Shown one piece after another: positions 39,180-51,420 of a DNA stretch of 64,000 nt. A program made the translations under genes and the position numbers. The DNA is from Lama glama (taxonomy: Eukaryota): positions 47,370,001 through 47,434,000 of the forward strand of contig CM052817.1 of NCBI GenBank assembly GCA_028534125.1, given 5' to 3'. The notes below the pieces were generated by a model. The model saw nothing but the letters and a program-made list of their open reading frames with translations. It did not search any database and was not told the origin of the DNA. The stretch's first letter is position 1; every line of letters starts with the position of its first letter.

Positions 39180-40292
39180 CAGGTGAAGCACTGTTCTAGG
39201 TGGTGGGGCTACCATGATGAGAATGCCAGGCAAGGTTTCTAGGGAGAGATGGATAGTAAACCAATAAACATACACGAAATCAGATTAACAAAGGTCTAAG
39301 TGTGACGCTGAGAAATAAAACACGGTGAGGTGACAAGAAGTGACTGAGGTGTTTGAGGTACTCAGGGAGAGGTGATGTTTAGGTTGACAGTGGAAAGAAA
39401 AGAAAGCGTGAGATTTAAGGAAAATCAGGAGGATCAAGAGGCAAAACATATCAGGCAGAGAGAACTGCTAAGAAGGGGAGCTTTGGGTTAGCGGACAAAG
39501 TCAGCGAGACGGGAAGAAGTCACACCTTGTATTGTAAACCAGAGTGAAACATTTAATTGTTGGTGCCATGGAGGGTTTTAAGCAGAAGGATGATGTAGTA
39601 CGATCTACTTTTTTTAAAAAAAGGTAACCTTGCTGTGTAGAGAATGGAATGGGGGAGGGGCAAGTCTAAGGAAGAGACTTGTTTTCAAGGTGAAAGATGA
39701 TGGTGGCTTGGACCATAGCAGCAGTAAGGGGGATGAAAAGGAGAGATGAATGTGGGATAAGTTTTGAGGGTAGATTGACAAGATTTGCTGATAAATGTGA
39801 CTTGTGGAGTGAGAGAGGAAACAGTGGTTAAGTCTCAGATTTTGGCTGTGAGGAAAGGTACTGATGGGGTATTTCCTAAAATCGGGACCTCTAGCAGGGC
39901 AGTGGGTTTAGGTAGCAAGTTCAAGAATTCTGTTTTGGCCGTGGAGAGTACGAGAGGTCTGTTAGATGTTCCTGTGATGTGTCGAGTAGGCAGCTGTATA
40001 ACCAAGACGGGAGCCTCACCATGAGGTCAGGGCTGGAGATTTAGGTGACATCAGCAGTTGGAGATGCACTTTAGAGCCATGGAATTGGATGGGATCACCT
40101 AAGGGAGGTAAATTGTCAGAAAAAAGAAGGGGATCCGGAACAGAGTCTTCATGCCCCCTTACAAGAAGTATGGACTTTTTATGGGTTAGAGAAAGAGCTA
40201 GTAAATGAGACAGAGGAGTAGTCAGTATAATGGGAGGAAAAGGAAGAGAGTATGATTCCCCAGAGGCCAAGGGAAGATAGCGTTTTCAACAA
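39180..40292 (-). mobile_element. L2 LINE
   Basis: gagggttttaagcagaagga, gatgatggtggcttggacc and gaggtcagggctggagatttagg are typical reverse-strand L2 motifs. Confidence 0.8.
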
Positions 40293-40299
40293 TGAGTCA

Positions 40300-41260
40300 G
40301 ATGTGGCTTTAGGTTTGGTGGGATCTGAACTTAATCAATGTTAGGGTCTTTTTAAAGGTAAATAATGTAGAATTATTAATACCAATTAGGTACTAATGTG
40401 ATTATTTAGAATGAGAAAGAAACCATGGAAAATCACAAAGTAAAGAGCTAAAAAATGCCACACATATCACAGAATTCAGGAAAACATAATTTTATTGATT
40501 GAAACACCTGCTGCACTTACATAACACTTTTTCTTCTACTTTTTTGTGGGGTGTACTTATTCTGGTATTGCTTCTTCATATTACAATTTTGTAATATATT
40601 CTACAGAGAGAGTAGACAGGTAATTAGCTCAGTATTTATAATGGCTGTTTGAAATTATAGTTTTATCATTGATATATTTAGAAAAGTTATTTTAAGTATC
40701 ACAGCCTACTACTGATAATGTCATGTAAAATTTTTAGAATTATTGCCAAAATGTGGAAAGCATCTCTCACATTTCTTTCATATATGAGCTTTAAGATTTC
40801 AGGGCATTTCAAGTTTGCACACACACTGACTGATCATAAATAATCTTTGACTTGATGATACTCATCAACTAGTGTATTACTGATGTTTTTGTAACCCAGG
40901 AAGGCGTTTCTACCCTGGGGACAAGTAGCAGTAACTGAAATATACAAGAAAATTATGTGAACCAAAGAAATAGACCCCACTGAACCCACATTGAATATAC
41001 TCCCGACTCAGTTTCTATCTATACAGATCCCAAAAATGCTCGCCAGAGCCTCCCAGCATAAGGGCAAATGTGATAGAGGGGAAGTCAAAGTGAAAGAGAC
41101 AGCAGTCTTAACAAGTTGAGGATAACATATCTTATTTTTTGCAGTGTGTCATGGAAATGCTTCATGGAACATTGTTAAGGCCCCTCTCTGAGCTTTAGAT
41201 GTGATGTTTGCAAAAAAAAAAAGGGGGTCTGAACCTTAAACTTCTTTAGCTTCCTCTGGA
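40300..41260. mobile_element. hAT-Tip100 (ORSL-like) DNA transposon remnant
   Basis: Starts ggctttaggtttggtgggatctgaac, ends gggggtctgaaccttaaacttctttagcttc; similar to 33640-34330. Confidence 0.55.
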
Positions 41261-41631
41261 AGCAGAGAGTAATAAGGTGAGGTACACACAGGACAGGCAA
41301 AAGATCAGGTGAGATGAAAACAGAGAGACCTCCGTTGGATTTATACTCAAAAATTAATTATTTTGGGTGAAAAAAAATAAGTCTAGGTCTTTGGTGAAAA
41401 TTCAGTGGAAGTAGCACTGTGGTGGGCCTGACAAGTACACTGGTGAAACCTGCAGGCCAGCAGGGACACGTGATTACGTTTTTAGACATGAACTGCACAG
41501 GGTGACTTCCCGTTTTCCTCTCTGGAACAAAGGAAGAGACGAACTAGGGCTGACACTTTCTGTGTTAGGGTCAGAATTTTTGCCTTTTAGAGTCATTTGT
41601 GCTCCATTTTTTTTTTAACTTTGTATAACCT

Positions 41632-43036
41632 TTTATTTTATTATTTTATTTTTTTTAAATTGAAGTATAGTCAATTATAATGTGTCAATTTCTAGTGTAC
41701 AGCACAATATCCCAGTCATGCATATACAAACATATATTTTCATATTCTTTTTCATTAAAGGTTATTACAAGATAGTGAATATAGTTTCCTGTGCTGTACA
41801 GAAAAAATTTGTTTTTTATCTGTTTTTATATATAGTAGCTAGCATCTGCAAATCTTGAACTCCCAAATTTATCCCTCCCCAGTCCCTTTCCCCCAGTAAC
41901 CTTAAGATTGTTTACTATGTCTGCGAGTCTGCTTCTGTTTTGTAGATGGGTTCACTGGTGTCCTCTTTTTTTTTTTTTAAGATTCCACATATGTGTGATA
42001 TCATATGGTATTTTTCTTTCTCTTTCTGTCACTCCACTTAGAATGACAATCTCCAGATGCATCCATGTTGCTGCAAATGGCATTGATTTATTATTTTTAA
42101 TGGGTGAGGAGTATTCCATTGTATAAATATACCATGACTTCTTTATCCAGTCACCTATGGATGGACATTTAGGCTACTTCCATGTCTTGGCTATTGTAAA
42201 TAGTGCTGCTATGAACATTGGGATGCATGTATCTTTTTGAATTAGAATTCCCTCCAGATATATGCCCAGGAGTGGGATTGCTGGATCATATGGTAAGTCT
42301 ATTTTCAGTCTTTTGAGGAATCTCTGTGCTGTTTTCCATAGTGGCTGCACCAAACTACATGCCCAACAACAGTATAGGAGGGTTCGCTTTTCTCCACACC
42401 CTCTCCAGCATTTATCATTCATGGACTTTTTAATGATGGCCATTCTGATTGATGTGAAGTGATATCTCGTAGTTTTGATTTGCATTTCTCTGATAATTAG
42501 CAATATTGAGCATTTTTTCATGTGCCTATTGGCCATTTGTATGTCTTCATTGGAGAATTGCTTGTTTAGGTCTTCTGCCCATTTTTGGATCGGGCTATTT
42601 GTTTTTTACTTATTAAATTGTGTAAGTTGTTCATATATTCTGGAAATTAAACTTTCACCAGTCGCATCATTTGCAAATGTTTTCTCCCATTCCATAGGTT
42701 GTCATTTTGTTTTGCTTATGGTTTCCTTTGCTGTGCAAAAGCTTGTAAATTTAATTAGGTCCCATTTGTTTATTTTTGCTTTTATTTCTATTGCCTGCGT
42801 AGACCACCCTAGGAGAACATTGTTAAGATTTATGTCAGAGAATGTTTTGCCTATATTTTCTTCTAAGGGGTTTATAGAGTCTTATGTGTAAGTCTTTAAG
42901 CCATTTTGAGTTTATTTTTGTGTATGGTGTGAGGGAGTGTTCTAACTTTACGGACTTACATGCTACTGTCCAGTTTTCCCAACACCACTTGCTGAAGAGA
43001 CTGTTTCTTTTCTCCATTCTATGTTCTCGCCTCCTT
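41632..43036 (-). mobile_element. Young L1, 5'-truncated (~1.4 kb)
   Basis: ORFs 42174-42536 ([10 protein letters not shown]...[10 protein letters not shown]) and 42835-43017 ([11 protein letters not shown]) are L1 ORF2 C-terminal segments; 3'UTR and T-rich tail. Confidence 0.95.
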
Positions 43037-44289
43037 CTTTATGTTTAAAATCTACTGTCAAATGTGTAAATGAAGTTGTAAGTGATTGAGATGAAGAGGA
43101 GTATGGAGCAAAGACATTTCTCAAAAAAATTTAGATCCTTTTTGCCTCATGTCTCAAAATCTGAGTTGTTTTTGAACACAAGGAAAACCTAAGTAGATTT
43201 AACATCTGCATTTTGTTAAATTTATTTACAAATGTGCTGTCAGGGAGAATGTTTTGACTCAAATTTTTCAGTGATTGAATACCTGATAACTTTATCTGCA
43301 CTTGACTGAAGTTCTGTTCTTGAAGTCAAATAAATTTGGGTTGGGATCTTATTATTCGTCTAAATAATCATCAATATTAACTGCGTGAAAAGATGTCAGA
43401 ATGGAAATTGGAAAAGTAGAACTTGGCAGAATGGCGGAGGGTGATTGTAAGTAACAGGCTCCCTCCATGGTCTCAATGATATTGCTGCTTTTTCTTGTTC
43501 TCATTGGCAGTTGGGATAACAGTAAAGAAAGGCATAAGGAATTCTCAGACATTGGTATTTATTTAGTAAGCTCTGGCTGAAGCCAGGGACCTTGTAAGAT
43601 CAGCAATCCGTTCTGCTTAGTAGACTGACCGTAAGAACATTTGCCTTTGATAGGATTGGAGCTCTGATTGAAGAATATCAGGGAAATGGAAAATGGCAAA
43701 TGGCGCTGATGTTTAGACTTGCTTTAGACCCCTCCAAATTCTCTTTGTTTTCTTTACTGTATTGTTGGATTTCTGAAAAGGTTATTTGGCTTATGAAAAA
43801 TCATTTTGTTGTTTCCTTTCTTGATACTTAATAATATCACTTTTAGATTTTTAATTTGAATTGGCAGATTTGTAAAGGAGGATGAGAGAGGAAATTTGGG
43901 GCAAATTTCCTACATGCTTGATTCAGCCAAACTAGAGAAGGGGTACAAAAAAATATTAGGTTAGCTAGTTCTATCCAATGACTATATTCTGAGTTGATGG
44001 TGAGTCAGCCTTTACATGACTAGTCTAAATACTGCCCTCCCAGGAGTCTGCTCTGCACATATTGGTGGAGAGCTATGGTTTGTAAGGCTTCAGATTAAAT
44101 TAACCAGGGATCTTGTCCTTCATGCGATCCTTTCCATATCTGAAGACTTCAACATAGCCTTCCCTGCTGTAGGTTAAACACCCTGTTTATTTGTTCTGCA
44201 TGTGAGATGGTGTTTGGATCAAGCACTGCTCTGATCACCTGTCTTCTGTGGTGGTTGCTCACCTTCCTTCCTGGAAGAGCTCTGACTTT

Positions 44290-45000
44290 GTTCATTGTTC
44301 TACCCTCCCAGTTGATTTTAGGGGACAACAACTTTCTCCAGTTCCAGGGGCAAATCATGATGCCAGTCACTGTGGTCTCATTCCCTTCGCTATGGATTGG
44401 TTTAGGCATAGTCACATGGCTTAAACTTGATCCTGGCTCTGGTACCTGAGAGGAAGTCAACCAGGGGACTTCTGAAAAGACATTTTCCCAAATAAAGAAT
44501 CCACATCAAGTAAATCAAGTAAATGCCTTCTTTTCTTTTTCTTTTTTCTTGTCTTTACCTGGTTTCACGATTGATTGATTGACTGATTGATTGGCGACTC
44601 AGATTTCCTGCTCTCTGGTTGATTGACAGCTCAGGTTCCTTGTGTTCTGGATTGTTACTTTCCCCTTCCTCTCTCCCTGCCCAGTGCTCGCTCCTTCCTT
44701 CCTTCCTTCCCTTCCTTCCTTCCTTCCCTCCCTTCCTTCTTTCCTTTTTTTAAATGTGGAATTGTCCAGTAGCTGACCCCTAGAACTGATTCAGTTAGCT
44801 TGGAACCATTGGGAAAGACATCACTGGAGTATCAGGATACAAGGTAGGAAGATGAAAAGTTCTGTGATCCTTGAGGACAGTTGAGCGGCTAAGTACTCCT
44901 TTCACACAACTTCTTGTCTGTGAGATGATTAATCCTTTCCTGTTTCTATTTCATATAGTTTTTTCTTCTGTTACTTGCTGCTCTAAGCATCCTAACTGAT
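44290..45000 (+). mobile_element. MaLR LTR (MLT1J/K-like), interrupted by simple repeats
   Basis: gattggtttaggcatagtcacatg ... ttctgttacttgctgctctaagcatcctaactgata, an MLT1-type 3' end. Confidence 0.65.
44690..44745. repeat. (TTCC)n microsatellite; a (TGAT)n run lies at ~44570-44592
   Basis: Seen directly. Confidence 0.9.
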
Positions 45001-45774
45001 AGATACTCAATCCCTTGTACTATTTTAATTTACCTGCAACTTCTGCCAATCAGTGGTACCCTTAGCATTGCTTGTAATATCTTCTCCATGGAATTTTTAT
45101 ATTTAACCAAAGTCTTTCTTTAATGATTCATAAACATAAGCAAAGGCACATGATGTGGTTCATACGAAAAGCAAATTGTCTTCTAAAGTTTTATTCTTTA
45201 AAGGTGTCAGCACTTGGCTACATTTTCTGAAATGGGTTTAACACTGGTTGGCATTGGTTAAACATCGGTTTAACACTGGCTGGTTTGGGCCTATGATTTC
45301 TTTAAGGAAGTGCCTCTATCCTATGTACATTACATTTTTTAGCTAGTCTGTTTTTCATAACTAGCTGTTGCTAATAAAAGTAACACTTTCGAATTTTATT
45401 CTTGTTGACTCTATTTTCCTGTTTAACCTTTTAAAATAAATGCATTAAAAAATCTTTCTCTTTTCTTCTTATAGAACTGCTTTCCTCCTAGTACTCAAAT
45501 TACTGGGGACTGTGCATGTAACTGAGGCTTTGAAGCAGGTTGAGAAATTTTGTCACAGATTATTAGGACATTTGTTGGCTGCACTAATTGGATGAGATAA
45601 AATATGCTAAGTTTGTGGCATTAGACTCAGAAGAGTTCTTTCTCTTGGTTTTGCCTCCTTCTTTATCCATTTATGCTTGTAAAATATGGATAAGTATTTA
45701 TTTTATGCTCTCTTTTTATACACAAAGTAGATGCCTATGTCATTTACTGCTGCAGATGATGTGTCATTTACTGG

Positions 45775-46222
45775 CTTTACAGAAATATAATTCACATACT
45801 ATACAATTCACCTAATTTAACATTCAGTAGTTTCTAGTACAACCATCACCACGATTACTTTTGGAACATTTTCATCACCCTCAGAGGAAACCCTGTCCCC
45901 ATTAGCAGTCACTCTCCATTTCCTCCCATTGCTTTCCCTCTACCCTCAGTTCTAGGCAACCGCTGATCTATTTTCTGTTTCTGTGGATTTGCCTATTCTA
46001 GGCATTTTGCATAAATTGAATCATACAGTATGTGTTCTTGCGTGATTGGCTTCTTTCACTTAGCATGTTTTTAAAAGTTCATCCATGTCATACACATATC
46101 AGTTCTTCATTACTTTTTATTACAGAATGATATTCCATCATATGGCTGTATCACATTTCATTTATCCATTCTTCAGTTGAGGGATGTTTGGCTTGTTTCC
46201 ACTTCTTGGCTATTATGAATTA
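45775..46222 (-). mobile_element. L1MB-like 3'UTR fragment
   Basis: aaccatcaccacg...gaacattttcatcaccc...ccccattagcagtcactc are L1MB 3'UTR motifs. Confidence 0.85.
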
Positions 46223-47904
46223 TCTAGTATTATGATCTAAGTTTATCCTTTGCTTCTTCCAGTTTGCACCCCAACCCACAAAGTAAAATAGGTAAAAAAT
46301 AAAAAGTCAACTATTCTATCTTCCTTTGATTATATCCAGGCTTTAAATGCCATTTTCATGTGTGAGACTAACTGACCACTTAATTCCTTAAAATATGTTT
46401 ATAGCTTCACACAAAACAAGAAGAATGAAAGAAAGAAAGCTGAACACACATCCAAACACAAATGCACATATATTTAAATCCCTAGATTTAAAAAGTTAGA
46501 GAAATTCACATGTGAACACATTACCTTTAACACAGACAGTAATTGTAAACCTGGGTTTAGATTTAAATTGGAAAAAAACACCCTGAGGTATTTAATGTTT
46601 ATCTTTCAATGTCCAGGATAAGACCATGATGACAGCTACTAACTTATTTTTTACAATCTTGGAAAGACTTGTGGGGAATAAATTTTTATCATGCGTCATA
46701 CACGGAAATTTGTGTGCCTCTTTACCTCTCAATTTAGAATTTGGTGATAGTAGCAGGGAATTCTTTCCTCATCTGCTTTTCTAGGAATAGGAAAAGGAAC
46801 TGTCTGTGCATTTATGTGTTTGCATTTCCTCCTGAGAAAGGAAGTCATCACCGGACCAGTTTTCACTCAGACACGCACAGCAGGAGCAGTGTGTGTCCTC
46901 TTGCCTGCTGCCACCATAGCCACTAATGGAGCTGCTTTTTAAGTTTCCTGCGGGATGTGGTGATACATACAGGGACTGTTCACTAGAGTGATTACGTACC
47001 TGTGTTTCAGTTCCACAAATATGAGACTCTGTCTTCCTTGGATAGCTGTTCTGCTGCCCATTAGGCTTGTGTTGGTTGGAACTGGAGATCACACTTGAAT
47101 GACCACAGAGGATCACCAGAATGACTGGCCATTATTCTTTAATATTGCCAGGACTTTGAGGAATATTGACCTAATAATAGTGAAAAAATGAAACGAGACT
47201 TATTGAACTGGGAATATGAATGAGTTGTCCTGGACCTATTAATTAATTAACTCATTCATTCATTCATTTTGCTTCCCATTCTGGTGTCTCTGGGATCACA
47301 GATTTCTCTAAATGGAAACATTGCATGTTAAAATCACATTAGTTTATTGTAATATGGATTGTGCTGGATTACCAAGGCTTAAGCTACTCTATAGTTTGTG
47401 AAAAGTTAATTCCACAAACATTTGTGAGAATCTATCAATGGCCAGGAATGTGCTGAACAAGATACCGTGGTGACCCTCAATCAGATCATTGTATAGGTGC
47501 GGATAAAGACATTTTAATTCTAGAGAGTAAGCTTTGTGATGGTGGGGACTCAAACTGTTTTTACTAAACAATGCACATCTATTCCCAAACATGGTGCTTG
47601 TCACTCAACAGATGCTTGTTGAATGGATGAATGCATAAATTATATCGTGAGAGGAACATGGAAGGAACTGACTTTTACTGGTGAAGGAGGGAGTTTTAGG
47701 TATACACATTTTTTAACTGGGATGTGGTGACTGAGCAGGGTTTCACCAGGCAGATAAGAGTAGGGAACTAACTTTTGAAAATTAATTCCCATGTTCCAGA
47801 CATCATGATGGGTAAGTTTCATAACTTTCATATTAATTGGTCAAAGTAGTATTATTATTGGAGCATTATATAGTAACATATTAGTATATACTATAATATC
47901 CTCT

Positions 47905-47911
47905 TATTATT

Positions 47912-47942
<31 letters not shown>
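47905..47942. repeat. (TAT)n microsatellite
   Basis: Seen directly. Confidence 0.9.
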
Positions 47943-47943
<1 letters not shown>

Positions 47944-48149
47944 CAAAGGGGAAAATTGAAGTTTGGAGATCTTAGGTGACTAGAACTTCCAGTGGTGAAT
48001 CTAGTCTTTGAACTTAAGGATATCTGTCACTCCTTTCCACATGGGTGGCAAGTAACATCCTAAATAACAGCCAAAGATCTAATTTCAAGATGAAACAACA
48101 GAAAACTGCCTCTTTCTTGATGCTATCTAAAATGCACTGGTAAGTTTTT

Positions 48150-48620
48150 TCATGTAAAACTACCTTTCCTGGCACTCTGAGCAGTCCCTCTCCAGTGCTC
48201 CCCACCTAGGTGATTCCTCTTGGGTGCTCCCCTCTGGTATCTTTCTCAGAAACCAGCCACCCCACTGTGGGAAGCCCTAGCTACATGGAGAGGCAAGTCT
48301 TTGAGATATGGCAGTCTAGGTGCCATATGTAAAAATGAAGATTCTACAGAAGATTCTAGACCTCAGCCATTCAAGTCACTTCCAGCTCTTTAAATCTTCC
48401 CAGCTAGTCCCAAGACATTTGGAACAAAGACCAGCCATCCTTATTGGGCCCTGTCTGAAATCCTGACACACAGAAGCCAAAGAACACATGATGGCTGGAG
48501 CCACAGCAGTCATCTGGTGACTATGAGGAAAAGGTTATGAGAATTTCTCAGGTGTCAGCCTCAATATCATTAAGTTGAAGAATCAACGAATGTAGTCACT
48601 TAATGAGGAGTTTTGTTAAG
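48150..48620 (+). mobile_element. MaLR LTR (MLT1-like) fragments
   Basis: aaaccagccaccccactgtgggaagccc, cctcagccattcaagtcacttccagc and gccctgtctgaaatcctgacacacagaa. Confidence 0.6.
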
Positions 48621-49008
48621 GCTTCAATTTCATTTTAACGTAGTTTGGGGAGCACCAGAAAGCGGTTCTGTGTAGGAAAAGGCTAGGAATATTTATGTTC
48701 GTAGCTACAGTATTGAGTTGACTGATGAATAAACCAAGACCAGCTCTGTGTTTAGCTTTTTCTTTATGAGAAAAATGCAACCTCTGATGAGAGAACCATT
48801 ATAACAGAGTAGGATGCTTTGAATCTGCAGAGGGGTTTTGGTACGTAGAATGAATCATGGACAATTGTAAATAATGTGACTGCATTTTTTGGTAACAAAA
48901 TCTCAAGAGAATTCTTAGTTGTTTGTGTAATCTGTGAACATACACAAGAGTTGGAAACCATACAATTTCTAAATCAACTCCTTTGGAATGCATGGAGACC
49001 AAGGTATT

Positions 49009-50475
49009 TTTTTTTAATTGAAGTATAGTGAGTTTACAATGCTGTGTCAGTTTCTCATGTACAGCATAATAGTTCAGTCACACATATACATGCATATATT
49101 TGTTTTCACATTCTTTTTCATTATAAGTTACCGCAAGATATTGCATATGGTTGCCTGTGCTATACAGTAGAAACTTGTTGTTTATCTATTTTATATGTAG
49201 TAGTGGTATTTGCAAATCTGAAACTCCCAATTTATCCCTTCCTACACCTTTTCCCCCTTGGTAACCATAAGTTTGTTTTCTATGTTTGTGAGTCTGTTTC
49301 TGTTTTGTACCTAAGTTCATTTGTCTTTTTTTTTTTTTTGATTCCACATATAAGTGATGTCACATGGTATTCTTCTTTCTCTTTCTGGCTTACTTCACTT
49401 AGAAATAGGAATCTCTAGGTCCATCCATGTTGCTGCAAATGGATTATTTTATTCTTTTTTCTGTCAGAGTAATATTCCATTGTATAAATATACTATAACT
49501 TCTTTATCCAGTCATCTGTTGATAAGACATTTAGGTTGTTTCCATGTCTTTGCTGTTGTAAATAGTGCTGCTATGAACATTGGGGTACATATATCTTTTC
49601 GAATTAAAGTTCCTTCTGGATATATGCCCAGGAATAGGATTGCTGGATCATATGGTAAGTGTATTTTTAGTCTTTTGAAAAATCTCCATTATTGTTTTCC
49701 ATAATGGCTGCACCAAGCTACATTCCCACCAAGTGTGGGAGGATTCCCTTTTCTCCACACTCTCTCCAGCATTTATCATTGTTGACTCTTGAATGATGGC
49801 CATTCTGACTGGTGTGAGATGATACCTCATTGTAGTTTGATTTGCATTTCTCTGATAATTAGTGATATTGAGCATTTTTCATGTGCCTATTGGTCATTTG
49901 TATGTTATCATTGAAGAACTGCTTGTTTAGTTCTGCCCATTTTTAGATTGTTTTTTTTTTGTTATTAAGTTGTATGAGCTGTTTATATATTGTGGAAATT
50001 AAACCCTTGTCAGTCTCATCTTTTGCAAATATTTTCTCCCATTCCATACAGTGCCTTTTTGTTTTGTTTGTGGTTTCCTTTTCTGTGCAAAAGCTTGTAA
50101 GTTTAATTAGGTCCCACTTGTTTATTTTTGCTTTTATTTCTGCTACCTGGGTAGACCACCCTAGGAGAACATTGTTAAGATTTATGTCAGAGAATGTTTT
50201 GTCTATGTTTTCTTCTAGGAGGTTTATAGTGTCTTGTCTTATGTATAAGTCTTTAAGCCATTTTGAGTTTATTTTTGTGTATGGTGTGAGGGAATATTCT
50301 AACTTCACTGATTTACATGCAGCTGTTCTGTTTTCCCAACGCCATTTGCTGAAGAGACTGTCTTTACTCCTTTGGTATACTCTTGCCTCCTTTGTCAAAG
50401 CTTAATTGACCAGAAGTCTGTGGGTTTATTTCTGGGCTTTCTATTCTGTTCCATTGGTCCATTTGTCTGTTTTGT
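49009..50475 (-). mobile_element. Young L1, 5'-truncated (~1.5 kb), with TSD
   Basis: ORF 49943-50398 (KDSLFSKW...[15 protein letters not shown]) is L1 ORF2; flanks gagaccaaggtatt (from 48995) and gagaccaagttgtt (from 50476). Confidence 0.95.
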
Positions 50476-50679
50476 GAGACCAAGTTGTTATTCATTCCTC
50501 TGCCTTATCCTCAGAGTTCGATCCTAGTGGAGGAGGCTACTCAGCCTCTTTCTGGAGAGGAGAAATGGAGTGTTTTATGCCCCACTTTATTCACACAGGG
50601 CTGAATCCCCATCTCTCTCAAACACTGATACAGTTCAAATTACCATTCATGAACCCTCCACCTCTATCTCCCTCCATGT

Positions 50680-51420
50680 ACAACATTAATTTGAGATGGA
50701 TCACTTCTAATAGAAAGTTTTGTGGTAGACAGTGAATTCTTTAGCAGGACACCAAAATCAATAACCATAAAAACTACTAATAAGTTGGACTTCATCAAAA
50801 TTAAAGATTCTGCCCCTTATAAGTCTCCATTAAAATATCAGGCAAGCCACAGATTAGATTGGGAAAAATATTCACAGCATATATATCTTAAAAATGACAA
50901 ATGAATATACTGAATATTTAAAGAAATCCTACAAATTAATGATGAAATGATGAACAATCTATTTTTTAATGGGCAAAAGAATTGTGCAGACATTTCGTAA
51001 AAGAAGATATACAAAGTGTAAATAGACAGATGAAAAATATAGGGTAAATTCATATAGATAGAATACTACTCAACAATAATTATAAGGAACTACTGATCCA
51101 TGCAACAACATGGACGGATCTCAAAAGTATTATGCTGAGTAAAAGAAGCCAAATTCAAAGATCTGCATATACTGTTTCTATTTATATGAAGTCTGAGAAT
51201 AGATTTTTAAAATCTGTGATGATAGAAAGGTGGTTGCCTGGGGATAGGAGAGAGAAATTGTCCTGAAAATAGCATGAGAGAACCTTTTGATTCTGACAGC
51301 TCTGTCTTATATTTTGTTTTCAGTGTTGGTTACAGAGTTATTTACAGTTGTGAAGACTCATTGTACTGAACACCTAAGGTCTATGTTTTTATTGTGTATC
51401 AGTTTTACTTCAGTGAAAAA
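50680..51420 (+). mobile_element. Old L1M (L1ME/MC-like) 3' fragment
   Basis: ttggacttcatcaaaattaaa and atgcaacaacatggacggatctcaaaagtattatgctgagtaaaagaagcca. Confidence 0.8.

Noticed and set aside
42174..43017. ORFs with real protein similarity (also 49648-50405)
   Set aside because: Fragments of L1 ORF2 or its antisense in truncated, frameshifted copies; not host genes
41600..43060. Possible target-site deletion at the 41.6-kb L1 because no TSD is obvious
   Set aside because: Flanks are T-rich, so a TSD could be hidden in the tail; cannot be called by eye
43511..43554. Small + strand exon candidate (ctcattggcag ... attg|gtattt)
   Set aside because: Weak donor and no recognisable peptide in the open frames
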